A model generated the notes under the pieces. That model made no database searches. It was given only the letters and a program-made list of their open reading frames with translations, and was not told where the DNA came from. A stretch of 64,000 nucleotides of DNA from an uncultured cyanobacterium (GTDB lineage: Bacteria > Cyanobacteriota > Cyanobacteriia > PCC-9006 > JAAUQQ01). Shown piece by piece: positions 18,829-28,888 of the stretch; the stretch's first letter is position 1, and the number at the start of each line of letters is the position of its first letter. Where the stretch lies: contig OY970368.1 of the NCBI GenBank assembly GCA_963718615.1, positions 2,720,001 to 2,784,000 of the forward strand, in the 5' to 3' direction. The position numbers were made by a program, and so were the translations under genes.

Positions 18829-19896
18829 ATGATTCCTGAGCTACCAGGGTTTGATATGAGTGAGATCGATGCTCGGGATTACGCTGATTTTTTCTGTACT
18901 GTGCAGGAGCGGATTCGCGATCGCCAACTCAATGCGCTGCGCAAGATCAACCATGAACTGGTTTCGCTCTATTGGGAAATTGGGCAGTTGATTCACCAGA
19001 AGCAGGAAGCTTTGGGCTGGGGAAAGTCGGTTGTCGAAACGCTGGCGCGAGATTTGCAGACAAACTTTCCTGGGCAAAAGGGCTTCTCGGCTCAAAATTT
19101 GTGGTTCATGCGCCAGTTTTATGACGAGTATGCTGACCAACCAAATCTCCAACCACTGGTTAGAGAAATCAGTTGGACCAAAAATCTGGTGATTTTCAGT
19201 CGCTGTAAGGATATGTTGGAGCGGGAGTTTTACCTACGGGCGACGGCTCGCTATGGCTGGACTAAGCGGGTGCTTCAGCATCAGCTAGATAACAAAAGCT
19301 ATGAGAAGTTCTTGCTCAATCAGACCAATTTTGAGGAAACGCTGCCGGAGGAAATTAAGGGGCAAGCGCTGCTGGCGCTGAAGGACCGTTATACGTTTGA
19401 TTTTTTGGAGTTGGCGGATGCCCATTCGGAGCGGGAGCTAGAGCTAGCGCTGGTGCAGAATGTGCGGGTGTTTTTGGCTGAGCTGGGTGGGGCGTTTGCG
19501 TTTCTAGGGAATCAGTATCGCTTGGAGGTGGGTGGGCAGGAGTATTTTATTGATTTGCTGCTGTTCCATCGGCGATTGCGCTGTTTGGTGGCGATCGAGC
19601 TAAAAATTGGGGAGTTTAAGCCGGAGCATAAGGGCAAGATGGAGTTTTATTTGGAGGCGTTGGACCGGCAGGAGCGGATGGAGGGGGAGAATGCGCCGAT
19701 TGGGATGATTATTTGCCGTTCTAAGAATAAGACGGTGGTGGAGTATGCGTTGCGGACGGCGAGTCGTCCGATTGGGGTGGCAACCTATGAGATTGTGCCG
19801 CAGTTGCCGGAGGCTTATCGGGAGGAGTTACCGAGTCCAGAGGCGATCGCGGAACGACTAAGACTTTGGGATGCAAGAAAGGTTGAAGATCAATGA
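18829..19896 (+). CDS. DUF1016 / YhcG family PD-(D/E)XK nuclease-domain protein
   Basis: LYWEIG, WGKSVVETLARDL, GFSAQNLWFMRQFY, LKDRYTFDFL and FIDLLLFHRRLRCLVAIELK motifs. Confidence 0.93.
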   Translation: MIPELPGFDMSEIDARDYADFFCTVQERIRDRQLNALRKINHELVSLYWEIGQLIHQKQEALGWGKSVVETLARDLQTNFPGQKGFSAQNLWFMRQFYDEYADQPNLQPLVREISWTKNLVIFSRCKDMLEREFYLRATARYGWTKRVLQHQLDNKSYEKFLLNQTNFEETLPEEIKGQALLALKDRYTFDFLELADAHSERELELALVQNVRVFLAELGGAFAFLGNQYRLEVGGQEYFIDLLLFHRRLRCLVAIELKIGEFKPEHKGKMEFYLEALDRQERMEGENAPIGMIICRSKNKTVVEYALRTASRPIGVATYEIVPQLPEAYREELPSPEAIAERLRLWDARKVEDQ

Positions 19897-19947
19897 ATTG
19901 AGAGATATGTCCTACCTCAAAAAGAGGTAGGGGGCTGGGGGTGGCAG

Positions 19948-22900
19948 TTAGGGCCACTGCTTGCAGATGTCGCGGGTGGTTTGGAGGAGGGTGGAGAAGG
20001 TTGCGTCGTTGCTGAGGTGGAGGAGGATGAGGGGGCGGATTTTGGGGAGGGCTTTGAGGAGGGCACTGCGGTTTTGGTAGGCGAGGGTGTCGAGGGTTTT
20101 GGCCCAGTCGGGGAAGGTTGGGGTGAGTTGGAGGAGGTGGGGCAGGAAGCCTTGCAGGGCTTTGGCGCGGAAGTAGGGGTCTTGGATATTCCAGGCGGCT
20201 TGTAGGGATTGGGGGAGGAGTTCGGGGGGGAGATGCTCGGCTAAACCGCTCAGGGCGATTGCCCGACTGGACTCGTCTTTGAGTTGAGAGGCCATTCCTA
20301 GCACTTCAGATAAAAGTTCCGGGAACAACTGCTTGCAGAGTCTAATCAGTGTCCAAAGCTGAAGAGCCCGCTGTCTTTCATCTTTGAGTTCTCGGGTGAC
20401 TTCCAGTGCTTCGGGCAATAACTCCGGCAACTGTTTCGAGAGTTCTACCAGGGCATCAGCTCGCTGCCATTCCTCTTTGAGCCCTCGGGTGACCTCCAGT
20501 GCTTCGGGCAATAGCTCGGGCAACTGTTCTGAGAGTTTTCTCATTCCCCAAGCCCGCTGCCATTCATCTTTGAGCTCTCGGGTGACTTCTAGCGCTTCGG
20601 GCAATAGCTCGGGCAACTGTTTCGAGAGTTCTCTCAGTGCAGAAGCCCGCTGCCTTTCATCCTTGATGTCTCGGGTGACCTCCAGTGCTTCGGGCAATAG
20701 CTCAGGCAACTGTTTGGAAAGTTCTATCAGTGCATCAGCCCGCCGCCATTCAGCCTTGATGTCTCGGGTAACCTCCAGTGCTTCAGGCAATAGCTCCGGC
20801 AACTGTTTCGAGAGTTCTATCAGTGCATCAGCCCGCCCCCCTTCATCCTTGATCTCTCGGGTGACCTCCAGAGCTTCGGGCAATAGCTCCGGCAACTGTT
20901 TCGAGAGTTCTCTCAGGGCATCAGCCCGCGATCCTTCATCTTTGAGTTCTCGGGTGACCTCCAGAGCTTCGGGCAATAGCTCCGGCAACTGTTTCGAGAG
21001 TTCTCTCAGGGCATCAGCCCGCTGCCATTCATCCTTGATGTTTCGGGTGACCTCCAGCGCTTCCGGCAATAGCTCCGGCAACTGTTTCGAGAGTTCTCTC
21101 AGGGCAAAAGCCCGCTCCCATTCCTCTTTGAGTTCTCGGGTGACCTCCAGTGCTTCGGGCAATAGCTCCGGTAACTGTTTTGAGATTTCAATCAGGGCAA
21201 AAGCCCGCTGCCATTCCTCTTTGAGTTCTCGGGTGAGCTCCAGCGCTTCGGGCAATAGCTCCGGCAACTGTTTGGAGAGGTCTCTCAGTGCATAAGCCCG
21301 CTGCTGTTCATTCTTGATATCTCGGGTGAGCTCCAGCGCTTCTGGCAATAGCTCGGGCAACTGTTTGGAGAGGTCTATCAGTGCATAAGCCCGCTGCCAT
21401 TCATCTTTGATCTCACGCGTGACTTCCAGCACTTCTGGCAATAGATCGGGCTGTCTTTCCGCTAAGGCCACCAAAGCCTCCGCTCGATCCGCTACATCGT
21501 TCATGCTTCGAGCCAGATCAAGGACCTCACCCAGATAACTAGCAGGCAGCTTAGAAGATAACTGAGTGATCGCAAAGGCACGATAGGAAAAACCTTCATT
21601 TTGATGGCGATGATTCCCAAAACGATCCTGAATCTGACGAATTGTTTCCAAAACCTCCGGCCAAAACTGCGGAAACCGTTCTGCCAGCTCAGCCAATACA
21701 TAGGACCGATAGGCCGCATCCCGAATCCCAGCCACCGCCCGCAACACCTCATCCAACAACGCCTCCGGCATATAGGGCACAATTGCAGCAATACACGCCG
21801 CCCGCTGCCAAGGATTCTGCGCCTGCTGGGCATAGGCCAACCCCTGGGCCGGTGACCAAACCTCCGCCTGCACCAACGCCCCCACCAATGACCCAGGCAC
21901 ATTACTCGCCAAACTATTCAACGATCCCCGGATCAAGGCATAGCGCCACAACAGCACCAGCGTCTCCCCCGGTGCCGCCTGATAATTCTCCACCGCCAGC
22001 CGCCAAGCCCGCCCCAGATCATTGACAAATCCCGCCGGTTTGCCGATCGCCTCACAAGCCTCAAACCACCCATTCTGCCCCCGCCCATTGCTCGCCGCCA
22101 ACAACCGATGAATCTCCTGGGGCTGCCGCGCCTGCTCCAGGTGCCAAGTCAACTGGGCAAAAATATAGCCATCATCCGCCAGCGTATGCCACTGCCCCTG
22201 GTCCGTCCGCGCCCGATACCGCTGCAAAAACTCACTGTGGGCCTCCGCCTTCGTCAGCCCCAGCCCCGGCAAATCCCCCGGCTCCAGAGGTTGCGGCGGA
22301 CTGATCAACAACCGCTGGGCCAAATCATGCATCAAATCATGCATCCGGTACGTCCGCCGATTGCCCGACCGCTTCACCCCCTGCAACAACAACGCCTTCG
22401 CACTAAACGTCCGCAAAATCGACCCCGCTTGCCGCGCCGTCACCTGCCACAACATCACCGCCATCTCCTGGGTCAAGCTCACATCCTCCGGCACAATCCC
22501 CAACCAAGCAAACTGCCGCAACTGCTCCAGCGAAAGCTGCTTCAGACTCAGGTTAAAACAAGCCAGCAAACTGTACCTGCGCCGCTTGGCATCATCCGGG
22601 ATATCCTCCCGCCCATACAAATCCAACCCCTCCAGCCGCGCCACCTCATCCCGAAAATCCTCAAACAACTCCGTCCAACTCACCCCCTCCTCAATCTGCG
22701 ACGCCGCCAATTCCAACGCCAAGGGCAAATAGCCCACCCGCTGAGCAAACGCCAACGCCTGCTGCCGATCCGCCTCGCTCAACGCCTCCGACAACTTCTG
22801 CGTCATCAGTTCCAACGCCTGCTCCGGACTCATCACATCCAAGTCATAGCGGTGCGCCTCCGAAATCCGCGCCTCCCGCGTCGTCACCAACACACAACAG

Positions 22901-24105
22901 CCCGTTCCCCCCACCCGAAACGGCTCCAGATGATCCGGATTCCAAACATCATCAACAATCACCAACGCCCGCTTATCGTAGAGCAACGTCCGCAAATGGT
23001 TCGAGGCCGACTCGATCGCCGTCGGCGTAAAATCGTTATCCCCCAACGCCTGAATCCAACCGCTCAACAACGGCAAAATATCCGGACTCTGCCCCAACGT
23101 CGCCCACAAAATCCCATCACAAAACCGCGCCTGCACCTGATCATCATGGGCCAACTTCGACGCCAACACCGACTTGCCAATGCCCCCCAAGCCATAAATC
23201 GCACTCACCACCAGTGTCCCGTAGGTCCTCGCATCCTCACAGAGCAACTGCTGCTTTACCTGTTCCTGGTGTTCAGGCCGCTCGACAAAATGATCCGGCA
23301 GCGGCGGCATTTGCAGCGGAATCGCCCGGTTGCGGTAAGACTGGGGCGCTGGCTTCTGGGCTACCTGGGACTCCGGCGGCACAGTGCCAAACGTCAGAAT
23401 CATCGACCCACTCGTACTGTGACACCGAAAGCCCTGAATCTGACCCTTCAGCCGCTGCTCCAGGGAATGGGTCAACGCCCCACTCGTCACATCCCCCCGG
23501 CTCGGGTCCAACCCCTCCAAGAGCGCAGCGGTCAAAACACTGTAGGGCGACGCCAAATCTTCGTAGGATGCCTCAAAATCGCGGGAAGACGTGATGAAAT
23601 AGCGATCGCGCACCTTCCCCCCCTTCGTACTCGTCAACTCACCAAAATTCAACAACGTTCCACTACTGCAACAATCCAACCAAACAATCTGCTGCCGCAC
23701 CGCGCTCTGCTCCAGCTGATCCCGCAGCCATTGCAGCTCCACCCCATAGTCATCCTCTGGGTCCCCATTGCTCGGAGCCAGATAGCCCTCCGTAGCGCTG
23801 ATAGCCTTCTTCCAACCATGTCCCGAAAAATACAGCAACGCCGTATCCGGCACCTGATCGCTGCTGGGCGGGTTAAACAGTTGAACGATGGCTTCCCGCA
23901 TTTGCTTTCGAGTCACCGGAATTTGCTGAGCGACCTGAGGATTCCCGGAGGCGATCGCCTCCGGCAACCGTTTCACCGTCGTAAAACGCCCGTGCTGCTC
24001 TAGGCGTTGGGCGATCGCCTCCGCATCCGTCGCAGGTGCTTTGAGATTGCCAAATTTGGAATGAGAATAGCAGTTGATACCAACAATCAGGGCGTCTCGA
24101 CTCAT
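19948..24105 (-). CDS. Caspase-like (C14) protease - NB-ARC - helical domain - 31-aa tandem helical repeat protein (NLR/APAF-like)
   Basis: ALIVGIN.Y, FSGHG and LDCC dyad motifs, Walker A GLGGIGKS, Walker B IVDDVW, GYLPLAL, MHDL and C-terminal repeats. Confidence 0.92.
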   Translation of the reverse strand: MSRDALIVGINCYSHSKFGNLKAPATDAEAIAQRLEQHGRFTTVKRLPEAIASGNPQVAQQIPVTRKQMREAIVQLFNPPSSDQVPDTALLYFSGHGWKKAISATEGYLAPSNGDPEDDYGVELQWLRDQLEQSAVRQQIVWLDCCSSGTLLNFGELTSTKGGKVRDRYFITSSRDFEASYEDLASPYSVLTAALLEGLDPSRGDVTSGALTHSLEQRLKGQIQGFRCHSTSGSMILTFGTVPPESQVAQKPAPQSYRNRAIPLQMPPLPDHFVERPEHQEQVKQQLLCEDARTYGTLVVSAIYGLGGIGKSVLASKLAHDDQVQARFCDGILWATLGQSPDILPLLSGWIQALGDNDFTPTAIESASNHLRTLLYDKRALVIVDDVWNPDHLEPFRVGGTGCCVLVTTREARISEAHRYDLDVMSPEQALELMTQKLSEALSEADRQQALAFAQRVGYLPLALELAASQIEEGVSWTELFEDFRDEVARLEGLDLYGREDIPDDAKRRRYSLLACFNLSLKQLSLEQLRQFAWLGIVPEDVSLTQEMAVMLWQVTARQAGSILRTFSAKALLLQGVKRSGNRRTYRMHDLMHDLAQRLLISPPQPLEPGDLPGLGLTKAEAHSEFLQRYRARTDQGQWHTLADDGYIFAQLTWHLEQARQPQEIHRLLAASNGRGQNGWFEACEAIGKPAGFVNDLGRAWRLAVENYQAAPGETLVLLWRYALIRGSLNSLASNVPGSLVGALVQAEVWSPAQGLAYAQQAQNPWQRAACIAAIVPYMPEALLDEVLRAVAGIRDAAYRSYVLAELAERFPQFWPEVLETIRQIQDRFGNHRHQNEGFSYRAFAITQLSSKLPASYLGEVLDLARSMNDVADRAEALVALAERQPDLLPEVLEVTREIKDEWQRAYALIDLSKQLPELLPEALELTRDIKNEQQRAYALRDLSKQLPELLPEALELTRELKEEWQRAFALIEISKQLPELLPEALEVTRELKEEWERAFALRELSKQLPELLPEALEVTRNIKDEWQRADALRELSKQLPELLPEALEVTRELKDEGSRADALRELSKQLPELLPEALEVTREIKDEGGRADALIELSKQLPELLPEALEVTRDIKAEWRRADALIELSKQLPELLPEALEVTRDIKDERQRASALRELSKQLPELLPEALEVTRELKDEWQRAWGMRKLSEQLPELLPEALEVTRGLKEEWQRADALVELSKQLPELLPEALEVTRELKDERQRALQLWTLIRLCKQLFPELLSEVLGMASQLKDESSRAIALSGLAEHLPPELLPQSLQAAWNIQDPYFRAKALQGFLPHLLQLTPTFPDWAKTLDTLAYQNRSALLKALPKIRPLILLHLSNDATFSTLLQTTRDICKQWP
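20330..21450 (-). repeat. About twelve 93-bp tandem repeats encoding LPELLPEALEVTRxxKxExxRAxALxELSKQ
   Basis: Repeats read directly in the protein; GCCCGC anchor at 20552 and 20645 gives the 93-bp period. Confidence 0.95.
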
Positions 24106-24148
24106 GGGGGGAAGAAAGGGGGTGGGAGGGCGATCGCTTTAATCTTGC

Positions 24149-25105
24149 TCAATTCTCATCTGCCAGCCAAACTGCTAGATCATCCACACTTGAAAAGTCT
24201 AAAAAAGCCTCATTTAAGCATTCCAATCGAGCAAGCGAGAGCTGCATAACTTTCGCCTCCAGTTCGCTGGGTAAAGATCCGAGAGTCCGACTCAAAAGCC
24301 TTAAAACTAGCGATCGCTGACGCTCTAATATCGTTGCTCGTTCCCGCACCGCACCTTCCTCAAGGCCCTCCTGCTTTCCCTCCTGCCGGGACGTATCAAC
24401 CACATTATTCAAATCTCGATAATATTTAAGGCTATTTTGGTAGCTTTCCTGCTCTATTTGAGAAAAATTAGCAATCTCAGCAACCTCAAAAAGCTGTTCA
24501 AAGATCTCTTCTTGTAAGGGTTGGGGGCGATCGCTCAGTTCTGCCAAATGCTTGAGCAAGAATAGCCACTTATCAAAATGAGTTTCTAACTGATCCAAGG
24601 ATTTGGTAAATTTTGGTAATTCCAGATAAATAAACTTGAGTTTGTCATAAAAGACTTCACATCGCTGATTTTTAAGTTCAACAACATGGAGTAGCTCCTG
24701 CTCATTTTTATGGTCATCAAACACAAAGTCCAAGACTCCAACAGTATAAACCGCTGCTAGTTCAAAGTTCCAATCCCCTCGAATGGCTTGTTCTTGAATT
24801 GGGAATGTTGCGTAATAGATACTCCTATCTTTGAAAAAGTTCTGTTTGGCTTTCTGGATTTCAACAATGAAGCGATCGCCGTTGTCGGCCTGGCAGTAAA
24901 TGTCAAAAATTGCCTTGCGATCGACAAGGGTATTACCAAGATTCTCACTATTCTTAAACACCACATCTGCAATGTGATGATGCTCGGGCAAAAGGGTATT
25001 TAGAAAATCAATCAACAGCCGTTTGTTTGGCTCTGTGCCGAAGACACGCTTGAAGCCAAAGTCGGTGAGTAGGCTGATGTATCTGTCTTGTAGGGGATAG
25101 AGCAT
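24149..25105 (-). CDS. Rpn family recombination-promoting nuclease/putative transposase with DUF4351 tail
   Basis: TDFGFKRVFG, FDIYC...FIVEIQKAKQNFFKDRSIYY, YLELPKF and a C-terminal LRLLSRTLG...LSLARLE.L.EAFLDF..VDDL..WL segment. Confidence 0.92.
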   Translation of the reverse strand: MLYPLQDRYISLLTDFGFKRVFGTEPNKRLLIDFLNTLLPEHHHIADVVFKNSENLGNTLVDRKAIFDIYCQADNGDRFIVEIQKAKQNFFKDRSIYYATFPIQEQAIRGDWNFELAAVYTVGVLDFVFDDHKNEQELLHVVELKNQRCEVFYDKLKFIYLELPKFTKSLDQLETHFDKWLFLLKHLAELSDRPQPLQEEIFEQLFEVAEIANFSQIEQESYQNSLKYYRDLNNVVDTSRQEGKQEGLEEGAVRERATILERQRSLVLRLLSRTLGSLPSELEAKVMQLSLARLECLNEAFLDFSSVDDLAVWLADEN

Positions 25106-25132
25106 GGCGATCGCAATAGAATTAAATAGGCT

Positions 25133-25498
25133 TTAGGAAGCAGCAATGATGCCCTCATCGGCTCCTTTTGACTCATTGCAAGATGGACAGGTAATCCAAA
25201 GATTTGTAGTAACGACCGCGAGTTCAGGATTTTTAGACAGTGGCTTTTTATGATCGATATGAGAGCCTTTCAGTGGAATTGGAGTTTGGCAAATGGCACA
25301 ACATCCCGATTGATACAAATACTGTTGTGCTTTCCAGGTCTGACCAGCTGTAGAATCCCGCCATCGATTAAAGCAAGCCCTCGGCGAATATTTTTGATGG
25401 ATGCGATCGCTGTCCTTCTTAAACTGGGTGATCTGTATTTTCTTGATTTTCGATAGTTCAAATATGCCTTGAACCAAATCTTTAAACGGAGATTTCAT
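25133..25498 (-). CDS. HNH endonuclease
   Basis: CAIC...HIDHKKPLS......NL.ITCPSCNESKG. ATGA overlap with the upstream gene. Confidence 0.88.
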   Translation of the reverse strand: MKSPFKDLVQGIFELSKIKKIQITQFKKDSDRIHQKYSPRACFNRWRDSTAGQTWKAQQYLYQSGCCAICQTPIPLKGSHIDHKKPLSKNPELAVVTTNLWITCPSCNESKGADEGIIAAS

Positions 25499-25947
25499 CG
25501 CTGCTGACCTGTCTGCTGACCTATCGTTTCCTTTTCGATTTCCTGTTTGCTGACTTCACGCTTACCTCGATGGGTTGCAGCGATCGCTTCCAATTCTACG
25601 AGCTGCTGTTCTTTGAGGTGCATTGTTTGTAGCAGCGTTTGAGCCAATGCTCCGATCTCCGAAGTCGGCTGCTGAGCCACAAAGATCACAAGGTTATCCA
25701 ATCGGGCAGTAAGCTGTTTGAGAATGTCAGCAAGACAGGCTTTAGTTGCCAGACGGGTACGGGGTTGAGCGGCATAGACACGAATTGCCTGGATAACCTG
25801 ACGTAAATCATAGGTATAGGCACGTCCGAGACTGCCGATGGATTGCAAAGATCTTGTAATCACAGAAGCCTGATATCGCGAAGCCCCATACCCGACCAGT
25901 TGCGCACGCGTCACAGATTGCAAATCAAGTTCCAGATCTTTGGTCAT
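25495..25947 (-). CDS. Hypothetical protein (possible N-terminal winged-helix, C-terminal coiled coil)
   Basis: 150-aa ORF tightly coupled to both neighbours. Confidence 0.7.
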   Translation of the reverse strand: MTKDLELDLQSVTRAQLVGYGASRYQASVITRSLQSIGSLGRAYTYDLRQVIQAIRVYAAQPRTRLATKACLADILKQLTARLDNLVIFVAQQPTSEIGALAQTLLQTMHLKEQQLVELEAIAATHRGKREVSKQEIEKETIGQQTGQQR

Positions 25948-25953
25948 GGACTA

Positions 25954-26370
25954 TTACGCTGCTCCCTGTTCTAGATCTGAATCATGATTGTATTCACTGT
26001 ATTGACTGAGAAGAGCTTCAATCCAGGGATCTTCTAAACCAAAAGGTTTGGCAAATCGATAAATTTTACTGATAAGGGTAACAAACTGACTTTTTTCGAG
26101 CTTGTCGGTTTCCCTATACTCGCTGATCTTTTTTTCGTATTCCTTCTCGATGGTCTCAATCTGCTTATTTTTTTTCGTCACTTGCCCTTTCTGGGCAGCT
26201 TGCAGCCGCTGACGCTCGTATAGCTCCGGCCCTGCAAATTGCAAGAGTGCGACGAACAGCTCTTGCTCAGAAGTAGATTTCAGGTCCACTGAAGCAAAGG
26301 CACGCTCCGCATCAGCGGCAGTCCATTGATAGGTTTTGGCTAAGGCGATCGCCTGCTTCTTGGTTAGCAT
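25954..26370 (-). CDS. Hypothetical coiled-coil protein
   Basis: 138-aa ORF, first gene of a three-gene operon, 6-bp gap to the next gene. Confidence 0.72.
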   Translation of the reverse strand: MLTKKQAIALAKTYQWTAADAERAFASVDLKSTSEQELFVALLQFAGPELYERQRLQAAQKGQVTKKNKQIETIEKEYEKKISEYRETDKLEKSQFVTLISKIYRFAKPFGLEDPWIEALLSQYSEYNHDSDLEQGAA

Positions 26371-26587
26371 GCTTAAACGGGTGCCTGGTAAAAACTGTCA
26401 TTACTAGCTGTTTAAGGTTACTCACCTCTTTTAGTATGCTACGTCAGAGAATTTTCGGATTCCGGAGTATTTATCAAACTTTCGAGAAATTTATATGGCA
26501 TAGGAAGATTGAAAGGCTGTTGTCCTCGCTCGCTATTGGTTCGACAGATTGTCGTTGTCCAAACTGATCGGCTTTCACACGAAAATG

Positions 26588-26620
26588 AAAAAAGGGCGAT
26601 CGCCCCAAGACGATCGCCCT
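26588..26620 (-). terminator. Rho-independent terminator of groESL
   Basis: Stem AGGGCGATCG / CGATCGCCCT with an 8-nt loop, followed by a T-run on the minus strand. Confidence 0.85.
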
Positions 26621-26658
26621 CCTTTAAATCAAACTAACGGTGGTTTGAGCCTTAGACC

Positions 26659-28293
<1,635 letters not shown>

Positions 28294-28342
28294 GGTTCGT
28301 TCTCTTGATTGATTCCGGTGTCTTTGATGCGGGAAATCTTAT

Positions 28343-28654
28343 TTAGCTGACGATGGCCAGAATGTCCTTCTCGGACAACAACACGTACTCGTCGCTACCG
28401 AGCTTGATGTCTGTGCCAGCGTACTTGGAGTACAGGACTTTGTCGCCAATGTTGACGTCCATGGCTTGGCGGGTGCCATCATCGTTGCGCTTGCCGTCGC
28501 CGATTTGGACGACTTCACCCATTTGGGGCTTTTCCTTGGCGTTATCGGGCAGAATGATGCCACCAGCGGTTTTTTCTTCAGCTTCGCTGATTTTGACGAA
28601 AACGCGATCGCCCAGGGGCTTCACGGTAGAGACGCTTAAAGATACTGCAGCCAT
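28343..28654 (-). CDS. groES: Co-chaperonin GroES
   Basis: [31 protein letters not shown] and YSKYAGT motifs. Confidence 0.99.
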   Translation of the reverse strand: MAAVSLSVSTVKPLGDRVFVKISEAEEKTAGGIILPDNAKEKPQMGEVVQIGDGKRNDDGTRQAMDVNIGDKVLYSKYAGTDIKLGSDEYVLLSEKDILAIVS

Positions 28655-28687
28655 TGCTATCCTCCTAAAAACGGACGAGTTGAGGAA

Positions 28688-28714
28688 TTAGCACTCTCAA
28701 CCCACGAGTGCTAA
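28688..28714. promoter_or_regulatory. CIRCE element (HrcA operator)
   Basis: Perfect TTAGCACTC-N9-GAGTGCTAA upstream of groES. Confidence 0.98.
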
Positions 28715-28753
28715 TTTACCGAATTGCGCCCGCCAAAAGCAATGAACGCAACG

Positions 28754-28769
28754 GTGCGGGTTACCGAAC
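28754..28769 (-). promoter_or_regulatory. K-box of the cyanobacterial groESL1 promoter
   Basis: Minus strand GTTCGG-TAAC-CCGCAC fits the consensus GTTCGG-NNAN-CCNNAC. Confidence 0.85.
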
Positions 28770-28888
28770 AGCAGCGAGGGATACAAAAAAAATTGGCTGG
28801 CTGAGGACGATGATCGTTTCTCAACGGAGACTGTGTACCTTAACCTTAAGACCGATAAGAGCCAAACTGTTCAACCCATTCAGCTGTT

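Noticed and set aside
20330-21450. Diversity-generating retroelement acting on the repeat arrays
   Set aside because: No reverse transcriptase in the window, no template/variable repeat pair, and variation is not adenine-specific.
20384-24003. Plus-strand ORFs of 303 and 631 aa
   Set aside because: Antisense shadows of the caspase-NB-ARC gene with low-complexity translations.
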